A DNA stretch of 59,704 bases, counting the filler, from Circinaria calcarea (Eukaryota), in the NCBI GenBank assembly GCA_051942165.1. It is 7 parts of 7 records of this genome, joined end to end, with 100 filler letters (N's around TTAATTAATTAA, not from the genome) between each part and the next. Parts side by side here need not be neighbours in the genome. Positions count along the whole stretch, not along the records: positions 8,575 to 17,020 come from JAVECS010001110.1; positions 17,121 to 25,564 come from JAVECS010001111.1; 5 more parts are not named here. One strand, 5' to 3'. Shown here in pieces: positions 11,975 to 24,900 of the stretch (position 1 is its first letter; every line of letters starts with the position of its first letter). The notes under the pieces were generated by a model. That model worked only from the letters and a program-made list of their open reading frames with translations. It did no database searches and was not told the DNA's origin. A program made the position numbers and the translations under genes.

Positions 11975-13686
11975 TCACCATCCTTTCTGATGATATTCGC
12001 CGAGACCGTGGTCAAAATAGTGGTTCCACGAATTGTTCTTCGATGCTGTACCAGATCCTGAAGTATTTGGATACTGCTGCAAGTTCGCCATGTCGTGAGC
12101 AGTGTGCCTTCGCTTCAAAACTGCGTTGGCTGTAGTATTCTTCTGCTGCCGTTCCCAAAGGAGGTGCTTGCGTAGCGATTCCGTAAGCTCAGTGGCGAGC
12201 ATGTTACGACGCGTTGTCCTAGGCGAGAGGCATGGAGGGTGAATGTTAGATGTTGTTATAGGCTTTGACTTGGTGCCACTAGCATGAGTAGTAAGGATCG
12301 AGTCGTTCTCGGGCGAAGTAGCAACTGACGGACCAGTGGGCGAAGATGTTCGCGATCTGTGACGTGCAGGAGTCGACTTGGAGGCCATTGCCGCAACGGC
12401 AGCGGCTCGATCGGGCTGATGCATAAGCGTAGTCAAAAGTGATCGCCTCGAGGTAAGGTTCGGCCTTGAATCCACTCGTTGGAACAATTGCTTGTCATTC
12501 GGACTGGACTGGCCACTCTCGCTGGACGAGTCCTCCCAATCCGAATCGTCCTCCTCTTCGATCGCGCTCTCGGAGACATCCTCGTCATCTTCATCAGATT
12601 CAAAAACATCTTCATCTTCAGACTGTCGGTGGCTAATGATCCGCGACTCAACTTCATCCTTGAAAGAAGTCTGTTTCTTGTCGTGTGTTGGCTTCTTGAG
12701 TACGGCGGTAAGCGAGCTTTGAGGATGCGTTTTCGGCATCTTGTCCTCAAAGGAACTATCCTCTTCTCCAGACGAACCACCAAGGAGAAACATGCTTGCC
12801 TTCTTTTTCGGTTCTTCTGCCTTCGATTGCACAATGGGTTTTACATCAGCCACAGATTCGGCTCCAAGGTGAGAGTGTGATCGAAATGACGAAGATATAT
12901 GACTGGGTGAGAAACCACGGACGACGCTATGAGAGATGTGCAGTTCTGCACTCGTATCGGATCCTGACGTCTGGACAACTTCACGAGCGCTGTCCGGACT
13001 GCTCATCGGGCCCGTATTCGACGATGTGTTAGATGATGATGATCCGGCAGGGCTTTGTTGGGTTTTTCGATCCGATATGGTGGGATGGGCGGCTTCGGTG
13101 GACGGAAAGAACATCGGCATGGCCTCTGCAATAGATGGTGACAGTGGCTCAATGTCTTTCTTCGCCTTGATTGATATTACCATCTTCTCCAAACCCGCCG
13201 AAGTGATATGCTTCTGACTACCCCTACTGGGTGTGTGTGCCTCTGTCGAGTCCTTTCTAGCTGCGGGACGCTTAATGTCGAGTGGCAACGCTCGCGGACG
13301 TTGGTGGCTGTCTAACCTCTCGTCTTCTTCCGATGCGATAGAGTCCACACTAGTAGAAAGCTCGGGGATATCCTTGGAACCGGGCCTTGGACCTTGGATG
13401 TTGATCGCAGGCGTAACGGTGAGTTGCGGTTGAGATTCACAGCAGAAGGTCTCTCGATTCCATATTCTCCAGCTGAGGTTCTCTAGCCGTCGACCCTCTT
13501 CCATGGATTCGGCACATCTGGAGAAAACTGGAGCGATAGATTCATCAGTCTGGGACCGGAATGCGGCGACAGAAGGGAAGTCTTACCCGTCCACATGCTG
13601 AACAAATTCTCCACATTTCTCGTGTCAATCTTGTGCATCTTCCCCGCATCGACTGTCACCACCTGAGCTGCCATCCTTGAGGGCAT
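11975..13686 (-). CDS. DUF1752 + DUF3295 protein (Mks1-like regulator), about 550 aa
   Basis: Exon 13686-13587, intron 13586-13528, exon 13527-11975. Motifs: LFSMWTVFSRCAESMEEGRRLENLSWRIWNR and SPRTTRRNMLATELTESLRKHLLWERQQK...YHQKGW. Confidence 0.9.
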
Positions 13687-14827
13687 TATTATCGAAACAA
13701 TGTGGGCGAGATCGACGACAAGGTATGCGTCGTTGCGCGAGATGAAAAAGTGTTGAGAGTGCTGATGTGCGAAATCGATGTTCGGGTCGTTCGTATTCTG
13801 ACGTGGTGGGTAGATGAGGTGATGACTCAATTCTCAACGGAGACAATCGACTTCACTCCGAAGTCATTAGTTGACGACAGCGTATGGCGAATTACGAGGT
13901 TGGTATGAATGACGGATGCGACGATGGGGATTCAACGAATGTATCTATCCTTTGTGGCCGGTGTCGGTTCCTTTGTCGGCGAGAGAGGAGACAACAGATT
14001 CGAAGGAGGGAAGGGATAGACAAACGCTTCGGCTGGTTTCCGTGCGAAAGGGATGCAATGTGCAAGAGGGAAGCGGCCCCTGTTGTAGTAGTCGTGGTAT
14101 TGGGTGCCGAGTGCTGATGGTGGGCACGATGAGGTGGCTAGGCACTCAGCGCAGTAGAGGGTGCACTGTCGGGGTTACTCCGTGCTCGCCGGCACAGTAG
14201 TCGGTTGTCGGTCAGGGAGGTCCAAAAGGTGGTGCAGGGGGCAAGCGTTGGCAAAGTCAAAAAAACCCTAGAAGTCGGATTCCTGAATAGGCTGGCCGAT
14301 TCTGTCAGGCGCAGGGAAGAGGCTTTGGGCGATTGTTTTGGGGGCACTCGTCTGTTCGGCAAATGCACTGGGGTTGCTGGGGGTCCACGTTCCGGATTTG
14401 TTGGCAAAAGATGCCAATCGGATGTGTGGAGAGGGAGAAGTGAGGCCCTAAGGGGAAAAGGGATATTCGGACGGCCGCGATGGATCCGGGGCAGAGCAGA
14501 GATGGGGTCCAATGTACTGTAGATAAGTCGGCAGGAGGAGGAAGAGGGGGGGGGGAATTCCGGGGTGCGGTGTCTTCTTAATCAGCATGTCCGGTCTGGT
14601 CATTCACCCTTGGCTGACAATGCCCGAAGGACGACTACGACGACTACTTGTTTATTTTCTCTGCTCCCGACTGACCAATTCGCTGGCTAGTTGGATCAGG
14701 TCAAAGAACAGACGGTGAAGGAGCTTAGGAGACGGGCGGGCGAAGGTGTCAGCTTAGCTTCGCGGGGAAGTCGGAAAGAGGATTGGAACCTTGACTCTCC
14801 GCCTAGGCTCTCGTCGGAGAACGAGAA

Positions 14828-14830
<3 letters not shown>

Positions 14831-14860
<30 letters not shown>
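14831..14860. repeat. (GA)15 microsatellite
   Basis: Perfect GA dinucleotide run. Confidence 0.95.
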
Positions 14861-14866
<6 letters not shown>

Positions 14867-17020
14867 CTAGTCATCTCTAGGCCACCGGCCATTCTCCTCC
14901 CATCTCCCCAATCATCCATCCTTCATCCCGGTCTCATCATCGCCGGCTCCCTTTTGATCAAGCAAAGCCTGGGTGCCGTTGAACGAATTGGCAACAGAGC
15001 CTGTGGCCAGATCGCAGACGCCTCTGAGCACAGCCTAACCCCATCTCACCCAGACCCTGAATCGCAGTTTTACCATCCGTTCCCCTTGCCATCGCGATCA
15101 CACTGATATCAAAAATCAAATCACACGCCCACGAGCGGCTTACTGGTTAGCAGCAGAAACCGGCGTGAGCAAAGCCTCGCCGCATCAAAGAGAAGGCCTC
15201 GGCTGCGACAACGAGCGACGGATTCGTCGGCGTGGGGAAATTCGTGGTTGCTGTTAGTAAGAGCGGGCAGGGGGAAGCGTCGCACTTGCTTGGTCGGTGC
15301 TACGGAGTAGACCGGGGGGGTGAATCCTTCTAGAAGATCCCAGCAGCCGGTTTGTCGCGCTCTGAGATTTCAGATCTACCTTACGGAGTACGGAATTGGG
15401 TAGGGGATAATGATTAGGTAAAGGGTACCACAAGTTGCGGGGGAGAGGACCTCCAGCCTTGTGAATGGATCCGGACTTCACCATTGCATCCGAAAGCTGG
15501 AGGGTGGAGCTGCGAACAGGGAGAAAACCCAGTCATCCACGCTGCCCAAAGTCGATCGGGATGAAATTGCAGTACGGGGTACAGAGTACTCAACCCACAG
15601 AGCCGGTTTCGATCGGACGGAAATCAGAGGCCCTCTGGAGGCCAGGCTGAAACTTCAAATATCCCTTTGACCTCCCCACTGGTACTGTAGGAACGCTCCT
15701 TTGCCTCTCAAAGACCGAGGGGCGAGGAACTCTGGTGGGTGTCTTCGGCTGTTGATGTGTCACTCCAGCATGTGTACCGTTGATGGATCCATGCCTTCGT
15801 CATGGCTTGCTTACCCGGTGTTCGGGCGGGCAACGGCAGGATCGTCTTCAGACACCCATCGACAAACCACTCTGGCTGTCGTTGCTCTGGCCTTGGACCA
15901 ACTCTACTTATTTCTTTGCCTTTATTCGTAGACACTTCCCCAGAAGATGCCAAACGGCATCTCCTCCTAGTCTGCTCCTGGTCTGAATGCGGATGCGAAC
16001 ATTACTGTAGCAAACAGTACATTCCGTATTGGTTGGAATTGCTCTATGCGACACGGCATTTGACCAAAGCCACAATGCAGCCAGAAGCGCCTCCAGGGAC
16101 CGCTCCCGGACTGCGATCGCCGCCACCTAGAGCGATCAATGGGTTTCAAATGATGATACAGACCGGTGGCCTGTGCCTGTTGTAGTTCTTGTGGCTCTTC
16201 AGACAGTGTGATACCCTAGGCTACGCCGGCGGAGACAAGTGCACCGTGCTGGATGCTTCGCTCCTCCGTACTCATTTCTCTGGCCCGACCGTCAGATGGC
16301 CAATGCTCAATGCTTGGATGCAGGGTGTGACGCACGAGCCTCACCGCTTTTCCCCAGTTTTGCCTCTTCGCCGTCTGTCATGTCGCCTGCACGAGATGAC
16401 CTGTCAAGCCCAGGCCATCTTTTACCTACGACTATGATTGAGAGAAGAAAAAAAAAATCCAATGGGTGCTCATGATCTGGATGATTGGCATGCGATGAAT
16501 GCTTACAGTATGGCTAGTGATCGTGCCAGGCAGTCAACCGGGATCCATCAGTAGCATCTTAAAATATCGAGATGCATACACACATCGCAGTATCAGCATC
16601 AGCATCATGGCGCGATTTGATATCCATGCCTGCTACCTGGGGGCGGCGAATCCTCGGAAACACGACTTGGATGCTGACAGGCCCCAGTGTCAGCCTTCGT
16701 TTATGCGAGTATCCCTCGGTGGCGCGTGCATATGCAGCATTATTGGCACGTCGGATATATCCAGAGCTCATGTGATGATCATCCAGAATCCTATCATAAT
16801 AACTGGTCTCCCTCCGCACCTGAATTCATCAGTGAGGCCCAATCGAGGCATCACGCCCGTACGAGAGTAGGACGAATACAAGCTTGGCTTCGTCAGACGT
16901 TCGCTGATATGAACGGTTGTGTCGCATCGCTTCCAGGGTACTATATCTTGCTCGATACTCCGTACAGCCATGCAGGTGCGGTGAGAATCGAACAAGCAAG
17001 TCGGTATCGCTGCCGATACC

Positions 17021-17120
17021 NNNNNNNNNNNNNNNNNNNNNNNNNNNNNNNNNNNNNNNNNNNNTTAATTAATTAANNNNNNNNNNNNNNNNNNNNNNNN
17101 NNNNNNNNNNNNNNNNNNNN
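17021..17120. other. Artificial contig spacer
   Basis: N44-TTAATTAATTAA-N44. Confidence 0.98.
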
Positions 17121-18233
17121 GTTGGGGTTTCTTCGAGCTCTCGTAAGCATCAATATAAGTTGTCAAGGAGAAACTTCTTGGAGAATAACATCGCAGTGAA
17201 TCAGCAGAGTAACTGGCCGTCTAATTGTCAAAATGTATTTTCACAATTTGAAAAGTGCATCTGAGCTGTAGAATGGGGTTTTTGAAGATGTGATGAAATA
17301 TTTTCTAAAGGAACCCTATCAGAGCATGAAAGAGATGCGATTGCAAGCCTGCTGTCAAGACCAAGCTGGTAACGGGCTCTAGTCTCTTCTACATCTGAGT
17401 TGACCACTGCATTCGAGTATTGCGCAATGGTTCCAACAAGGTCGTCGGTACTGTGCTGCCAGGGTCGGAACGCTGGTTCAGTTTTCGGCTTCAGGAAGAT
17501 CCCAACTCGTTTGAGATGACATTGGTTGCTATGGTGTGCAATTTGATGGTCCGTACATACTTACGACATACAACGCAATAAGCCGAGCTGGCTGTACCTG
17601 TGATAGCCCTCTTTGTTGACATGACTTTCTCGGTAAGGATGTCTGGAATACTGCTGGTTGGGAGAGTGGAGTCAAAGGGAGAAGACAATTAGCTCGAAAG
17701 ATGCACGTTATGAAGAACGTAATGTAGACGGATATAGAGTTGAAGGTTGCTTGTTAAGGAACCTATAGAGAGCACCTCCTCAGTTATAGGTTGACAGTGT
17801 GGGGGTACCCCGCGATCAAGCATTGGAATATTCAGTCAAGGAATATCTAGAAACAACATGGTGTTTCGCAGATTGGTGTAGGTACGCAATATCTAGAGGT
17901 TGGACCTATGTCCATCAGCTTCCACAGGATCCGAAAGTCACCAGAGCTCTCCATCAAGACACATTCATATAGAACCATAGCACGAGCGGCAGATGTGTTT
18001 AGACGTCCTCAGAAGAAGGCAGTAGAAGGAAAACGCCTCGACGTTGATCTGATCTTGGCAACGTTGCAATACGGTGACCGGTTTAGACCGATATTAGCCA
18101 TCTATTCTACCTATTTCGGATCTGTAGAGTGACGTTCCTCCCAGTAAGGTAAGGTAGGCAAGTACGGTCAACATCACTCTTTCCCTTCCCAGGTCCAGGA
18201 TCAGTATGTGAAGACTGATTAATAACGGTCGCA

Positions 18234-20022
18234 ATGGCTTCTCTCTCTGCTGCAGCGAGTAAGCGGGGACCAACTGTACTTGTATTTCCTAATCCACGCC
18301 TAATCAAACACATAGAATATGCTGAATGATCCTTAGGTCACAGATTCCCGTGAACCACAGCGCCAACGACGATCCCATGAGCGTCCTACTAGTCTACTCC
18401 GTCAAACAACCTCTCGTTTCATCACCGTCGACAGTGTCCTCCAATACGCTTCAGACATCCCTTCCATGCAACAACGCAACCCAGAGAGTCGCCCACAACC
18501 CCTCCGGACTAAATCCGGCAGACCTGCAGCGCCGAAGCTGGCAGGTCGTCTGGTGCCCCCACATGTGCCCGCTCGAAGTACGAAGGTTAGTGAAAAGCTT
18601 GTACTGCTTCCAGAGACCGGCGCAACAGACTCGGAGATCGAAGAGAAGGCAGACTACGAGGAGGATAACGATGCCACACCTGAGAGGGATGATGAGGAGA
18701 TGCTACGGAAAACGGGTGGGAGGAAAGGAAAGAGCTACGCTGAACGGCTGCCAAAGTCGAGGAGAGCAGAGAAGCTGGCTAGGGTGACGGCCTACTGCAC
18801 AGCGCAAGCTTATAAATTGAGAGCCACCGCATCGTTTTTGAAAGACAGGCACGGTGCAAGAACGAAACTTTACGATGATTGCCTGTATGCAGTGTATCAC
18901 CTCCCCTTATTGCCAGGCACAGAAGGGTATAGGATCAGGAGTAGTCCCGTTCTTAAAAGCCCGGGCGGCAAAGCGGTATTAGATGAAGAGATCGAACGCA
19001 GCGAGCGACGAGACTACGGCGAAGGCTTCTTTGAAGAAGATGACGCAGAGCGCTTCAGCATAAGAGGAGGCGAAGGAGGCGAAAGTCCCCGCGACGGAGA
19101 GCCGCCAAAGCATATCAACGGATACCACCGAGACTCGAGAAGAGACAGCAAATCCTCTCACCGAGACCTCAGCCCGCCCCGCATCTCACCCGATGCATTC
19201 GCCTTTGCCGAAATGTTCGTCTTCTCCTACGGCGTCGCCGTCTTCTGGAACTTCACCGAACGCCAAGAGAAAGACATCCTCGCCGACTTTACCTTCTCTT
19301 CCTCCCCCTCGCTGCTCGAACCGACGCTCCTCACTCTAGTCACGGCCCCGCAAAACGAAGACGACTTTGAAACGGAAGAATTCCACTTCGAATACTCCTC
19401 CTCGATCCCCCGCCCCCGCGTCTTCAACGACATGATTACCCTCCGCAGCGGCGACCACATGATCAAGCTCACCATGTCGCACGCCATCGCCCAGAGCACC
19501 AAACTCAGCTACTTTGAGCAGCAAATGGCCAACCAAATGGCCGAAGCCCAGCACGTGCCCCGCCGTCTCGCGCTCACCGGCAAACTCGGCATGAAACGCC
19601 ACGAAGTCGTCAAGATCCTCGGCGCTCTGTTCAAGAGCCGCGTCGACGTCAACCTCTCCTCCAACATGCTCGACACGCCCAATTTCTTCTGGGACTCGGA
19701 GCCGACGCTGCATCCGCTCTACACGGCCGTGCGCGAGTACCTCGAGATCAAGCCGCGCATCCAGGTCCTGAACGAGCGCTGCCGCGTCTTCCTCGACCTG
19801 GCGGAGATCCTGTCGGACAGTATCGCCGACACGAAGATGAGCCGGCTCACGTGGATCATCATCCTGCTGATCGGCCTGAGTATTTTTGTGACGTGCAGCG
19901 AGGTCTTTTTGCGGTTTGGCTTGTTATCGGGTAGGGCGAAGAGGGGTGTGGGAGGCGGTGGGGGGTTGTTGGGGAGTTTTGTGACGCCGGGTGTGGTGGA
20001 GGCTTTGAGTGTGCAGGTTTAG
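18234..20022 (+). CDS. RMD8: DUF155 family protein Rmd8/Sif3-like, about 577 aa
   Basis: Exon 18234-18281, intron 18282-18336, exon 18337-20022. Motifs: RVTAYCTA, EMFVFSYGVAVFWNFT, PRVFNDMITLRSGDHMIKL..SHAIAQSTKL, REYLEIKPRIQVLNERC, plus a C-terminal TM segment. Confidence 0.88.
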
Positions 20023-20176
20023 AAAGGACGGGTGCATATTCACACTTTTCCTGACGGGGAAGGTATTCATAGCGAGGCGCTTTCAAAAAGGGGGGGGGGG
20101 GATTGTTCATAATAGGATGAACCGGAGTCGAAGACATATTTTCCAAGTTCAAGCCAGAGCAAAGATTTTCTTTGTA

Positions 20177-21781
20177 AGAGTATAGAGCATAAGTCATTGG
20201 CCACCCCCCATTTTTTCTAAGTCCGCTCACCGCAGGGTAAATAAATAATTTCGGTAAATTACAGCCCCACCAATATCTATGCTTATTGGCAACGAATATT
20301 ATAGCATTTACAGTAGTCATAATTCCATGTATTTAAAAGCAAAATAAGGTTTTAAATGACCGTAGAATTCGTGTTATTAATTATCTAATAACGGGTAGCA
20401 TACCCACGACGCGTAATAACCTCCTGCAGCTTTGCAGGCGTGTTCTCAATATGATGTATGAACATTATTGGATCCATCTCGTCCCATAGTGCCTGTACCA
20501 CTGCCTTCAGCTTATTTATCGTAATCGAAAATGGCTCTATTTTAGTGATTCTAGTCTTTATCCACCTCCATACCTTTTCAATAGGATTGAGGTCTGGGGA
20601 CGAAGGAGGCCAAGCCATATAAAACCCACGTAGTCCTGCAGCTTTTCGAATAGCTTTAGTATAGCTTATATGCACCTTCACCCTATCCTTTATAAATATA
20701 ATATTTTCCACCCCTTCTTCAAGCCCTTGTATGAAAGGAATAGCGACGTTTTCGAGGACTTGTGTATCGTAGGCTTTCGAATTAACACCTAAGGTATATC
20801 CCCAATAGATTAGCCTATATTCTCTATGAAATGATAGAGGAAAATAAAGGAAATACCTCTACTACCTTCGCATTTTTCTAGGAAAATTAATGGCGATTTA
20901 TAGCTGTAACCTATTGCACCCTATATCATGAAAGAACACCTTCTACTCCTATAATTGCGCTTAATGCATATATGATATTATTTTTCTTTGTTATTTCGTG
21001 TAATCTAGATCCGCCCACGAGCACTCGTCTCGAACGAACATTCGTCTGACCATATAACTCTCGCCCAGGCATTCAGAGTCTAATCCTTATGAAAAAAGGC
21101 CTAGTTGAGCCTCTTTTCAGCTTGTTTAGTGGTAATAAATGGACGCGGGCACGCGATGCAACGGCGGTATTCTAGGCGTTTTAAAGCACGACGAATAGTC
21201 CATCTTGATATATTTAAGTCAATAGATATAGCCAATCGCTTGTATGGAAGACGTCGAGTATGTTAAGATTGTTTTAAAATATGTACTAAATAACGTGCCG
21301 TTCGATTATTGATTTTACGCGGTCGACCGGTGCGTTTAGACTGATCACGTCGTGTAGTCTATGTTAAATTAGCCTAAAAACAGATATATTAGATAGAACA
21401 TACCGGAGCATTGCAGATATTAGCTATAGTAGAGCGGGGTATATGGAGGTTATAAACGCGTTGGAACTGCTTCGCAATAGCGCGTTCAGAAAGGCCTTAT
21501 TGTTTCATAAAACGAGTTTGAGCTTTAGTAGGTGTATGCCATTCGCCTCTAGTGCCTTTACGTGGCGGCGAGGACCCTAGAGGGTCAGGGGTGACGACAG
21601 GCATACTGGATAAATTATTGGAGAGGTGTTGATGTTTTATATGGGTGTGCAGTACTAATAAACAAGGTATCCCAGCTAATTTGGCGAGGTGGGCTGTAAT
21701 TTACCGAAATTATTTATTTACCCTGCGGTGAGCGGACTTAGAAAAAATGGGGGTGGGCCAATGACTTATGCTCTATACTCT
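20177..21781 (-). mobile_element. Full-length Tc1/mariner-type DNA transposon, mutated
   Basis: TIRs of about 91 bp at 20177-20267 and 21691-21781 (2 mismatches). TA flanks at 20175-20176 and 21782-21783. Internal transposase present. Confidence 0.93.
20385..21604 (-). pseudogene. Tc1-like DDE transposase pseudogene with two introns
   Basis: Exons 21604-21404, 21358-20857 and 20788-20385 join in frame (about 368 codons). Motifs: GRPRKI, WTIRRALKR, WSDECSF, WPPSSPDLNPIEKVW. Internal TAG/TAA stops fall at likely Trp/Gln positions. Confidence 0.88.
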
Positions 21782-21958
21782 TACGTTCGAGATGTACATC
21801 CCAACCAGCTGGCGGCTAGGAGCCCATGGCACACAAAGAGAAAGCTCTGGCCTAGATATCCATAAAAGCATTCAAGCATATATCATCCAGCCTCGAGACC
21901 TCAAAAACGCGCTCGCTGTTATTCCACTGCAAAAATGCAAACCACCACACCGTTCCCA

Positions 21959-24900
21959 CTAGACATCCCTAAAAACCTCCGACTGCGCGCTCTGCACATC
22001 CACCAGCGGCACATAAGTCCCCCCGGTATCCCCCCCTCGGGCTCTCCTCCTGCCGCTAAACCAGCCCCTCGCCACATCCAGCACCTTCGCACCCATCCCT
22101 CTCCCCCCATCCGTCCGTGCGCTTCTCAGTTCTCCCAATGCTAGATCGTCTTCATCCTCTTGATCAGTTATCTTCTTCCTCTCCACCATATCGCCTACCC
22201 TTCCGTCCAAGGCCTCGACCGTCATCCACTTTGGCCTTTTCCAGAATTTCAGAAGTAGGCTACTTCCGACAACGCTGACGCTACTGGCTGCCATGGCCGC
22301 TCCGGCAGCCATAGGAGGTAGCATCACCCCACCCGGTAGCCAGAGTCCCAAGCCCATTGCAAAGGGTAAGCCGATGATGTTGTACAGACAAGCCCAACCA
22401 AGATTCATCTTGATCCTTCTAAAAATGGTCCGGGCCAGATGTAGTGACGCGGGGACATTGAGAAGATCCTCGGGCCGCATGAGAACGATATCGGCTGCTT
22501 CCATCGCCACGTCCGTGCCGGATGAGAGGGCGATACCGATATCTGCGGTGGCGAGAGCGGGGGAGTCGTTGATGCCGTCGCCGACCATTGCCACGATTTG
22601 GGATTGCGACTGGAGGTTCTTGATGATTGATTGTTTTTGAGACGGGGAGACACCGGCGTGAATGTTTTGAGTAGGAATACCGACTAGGGTGGCGACGGAG
22701 AGAGCGGTGGGGAGAGTGTCGCCCGTTACGAGGGAGGAAGTGATATTCATGCGATTTAGAGCGAGTATTGCGGAGCGGGCGGTGGGTTTGAGGGTGTCCG
22801 AGAGTGAGAGAGAGCCGGAATACACGAAGTCGATGGCAGTGTAGATTTGGGTAGCACCTGCTTGGGAGATCAAGGAGGTGGGTTTTGATAGCCGGGTAAG
22901 ATTTGATGAACCAGTCGTAATATCGGTTGGAAGAGCGATACCTTGAGATTTGAAATAAGATTCGTTGCCGACGTGTACTCTGTAGCGTTTCCGTTCGGCA
23001 GAAGTGGCAGGCTCGACGTACGCAGAAACGCCTTTGCCTACAGCGGCTTCAAAGTCACCAATGCTACCGTCAATCATTCCATCGCTACCAAGACCTAGTT
23101 CTTCTCTTGCAGCACTGAGGATAGCTTTGCCGATAGGGTGCTCACTGCTCATCTCTGCCAAGCCGACAAGAGTCCACCACAAACGCCGGCGCGATTCTTG
23201 TGCTTCCCATAAGTTCTCTATCTTAGTTTGAGAAACACTCATCTTGCCCATCGTTAGAGTCCCTGTTTTGTCAAAGACAACATGTGTGATTCTCGTTGCA
23301 GTCTCCAAGGCAGCTCCTCCCTTGACAAGAATTCCGTTTACTGCACCAATCCCAGTACCCACCATGACCGCCGTCGGTGTGCTAAGTCCGAGTGCGCAAG
23401 GACAGGCAAAGACAATTACTGATATGCAAAGTTTTAGGCAAACCATCAAACGTCCACCGCTTTCAGGCTTCAAAAACACCATGGGGGGGTGGGGAAGTAC
23501 GTGGCTCACGATCATCCAGAAAACGAAAGTCAATAGACCCAAAGTGATGATGCTGGGAACGAAATATCCGGCGACAATATCTGCCATGCGCTGGATTGGT
23601 GCCCGGCTAGTCTGCGCTTCCTGAACAAGCTTGACAATCTGGCTAAGCTGAGTGTCTCTCCCAGCCCTAGTGACGCGAAAGTCAACTCGTCCTGCGCCAT
23701 TGACGGTACCAGCAAGGAGAAGGCCACCTTTACTCTTCATGATGGGCATCGCTTCTCCAGTGACCATACTTTCGTCAACATAGCTTTGACCTTGGGTGAC
23801 GGTTCCGTCGGCTGGGACTTTATCACCAGGGCGTAAAATCACAATATCGCCGAGTTGTATGAGCTCTGTAGGTATCACTTTCTCTTCGGCTGCACTCCCA
23901 GCATTGTCTGCCATAGGGGTCCCTTTCTTTTCTGCCAAACTACTATCCCAGCTTTCCGCGGCCTTTTCTGCGGCTATAGGATCTGCATAGATTGTTGCCA
24001 TAGATGGTGCCAATGACATTAATTTTGAAAGAGCCTTCGATGTTTGACCCTTGGCCCGATTTTCAAGATACCGTCCGAGTGTGATGAAGGTGATGAGCAT
24101 AGTACTGGTGTCAAATACTGTGCTTGGTCGATTGTGGGGTGCGAAGAGGATTGACACAATCATTGCTGCAACGCTGAAGAAGAATGCTGCCGAAGTACCC
24201 AGAACCACGAGTACGTCCATGGTAGGGGACCCATGCTTCAAGGACTTGTATGCCGAAATATAAAAGCGCTTTCCAATGCCAAATTGCACGGGAACCGTAA
24301 GGGCAAGACACAACACATCACCAACATATAGGCCGGGTAATATTAACATATAAGCACCACAGTCTAACGCTGGTAAAAACGTGGGTATCACCATACTGAT
24401 AAGAAAGACGGGGATTGCAAATGAAATAGAGTATCGAAAACTCCGCCGCCATTCCTGAATCTCACGAGTTTTTGCGAGTGACTCAAGTTGTGCGGTGTTA
24501 TCTTCTGATTCAGCAATCAAGGCATTGTAGCCAAGACCCTCAATCACCTCCACGAGGGCACGGAGCCCAATTAGAGATGGGTTGTGGGAGATCGAAGCGC
24601 GGGAAGTTGAAAAGTTCATCACTACGGATTTGACTCCAGGCAACTGGCGTAAGGTGGTCTCCAGCGATGCAGCCGAAGGGGCATCACGAATGCCGTAAAC
24701 CTTCAACTGAATTGTTGAAATGGCCGCGGAGAGGTCTAAACTTCCGTCTTCAGAGGATAAGACCCTGACGTCAAAGCCAAGTTCGTCAACCATCTCGACG
24801 ATCCGATCCATCGAAAGCTTTTTGGGATCATGAACAATGACTGCACGTTCAGCCAGAAGACTGATATTGAACTGTACCACTCCAGCGACGGACTTGAATT

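Noticed and set aside
13700..17020. Many short overlapping ORFs
   Set aside because: No protein-like motifs; consistent with a long regulatory intergenic region upstream of the Mks1-like gene.
17121..17620. Minus-strand frame of about 85 open codons followed by TGA stops, a possible pseudogene
   Set aside because: No recognisable motif and cut by the contig edge; not supportable.
19150..19900. Shift to very C-rich third codon positions in the 3' half of RMD8
   Set aside because: The protein is continuous and conserved across the shift, so there is no evidence of foreign origin.
24520..24720. Fourth HMA-like domain of the Cu ATPase lacks CxxC
   Set aside because: A degenerate membrane-proximal HMA domain is, to my knowledge, common in fungal Ccc2 orthologues.
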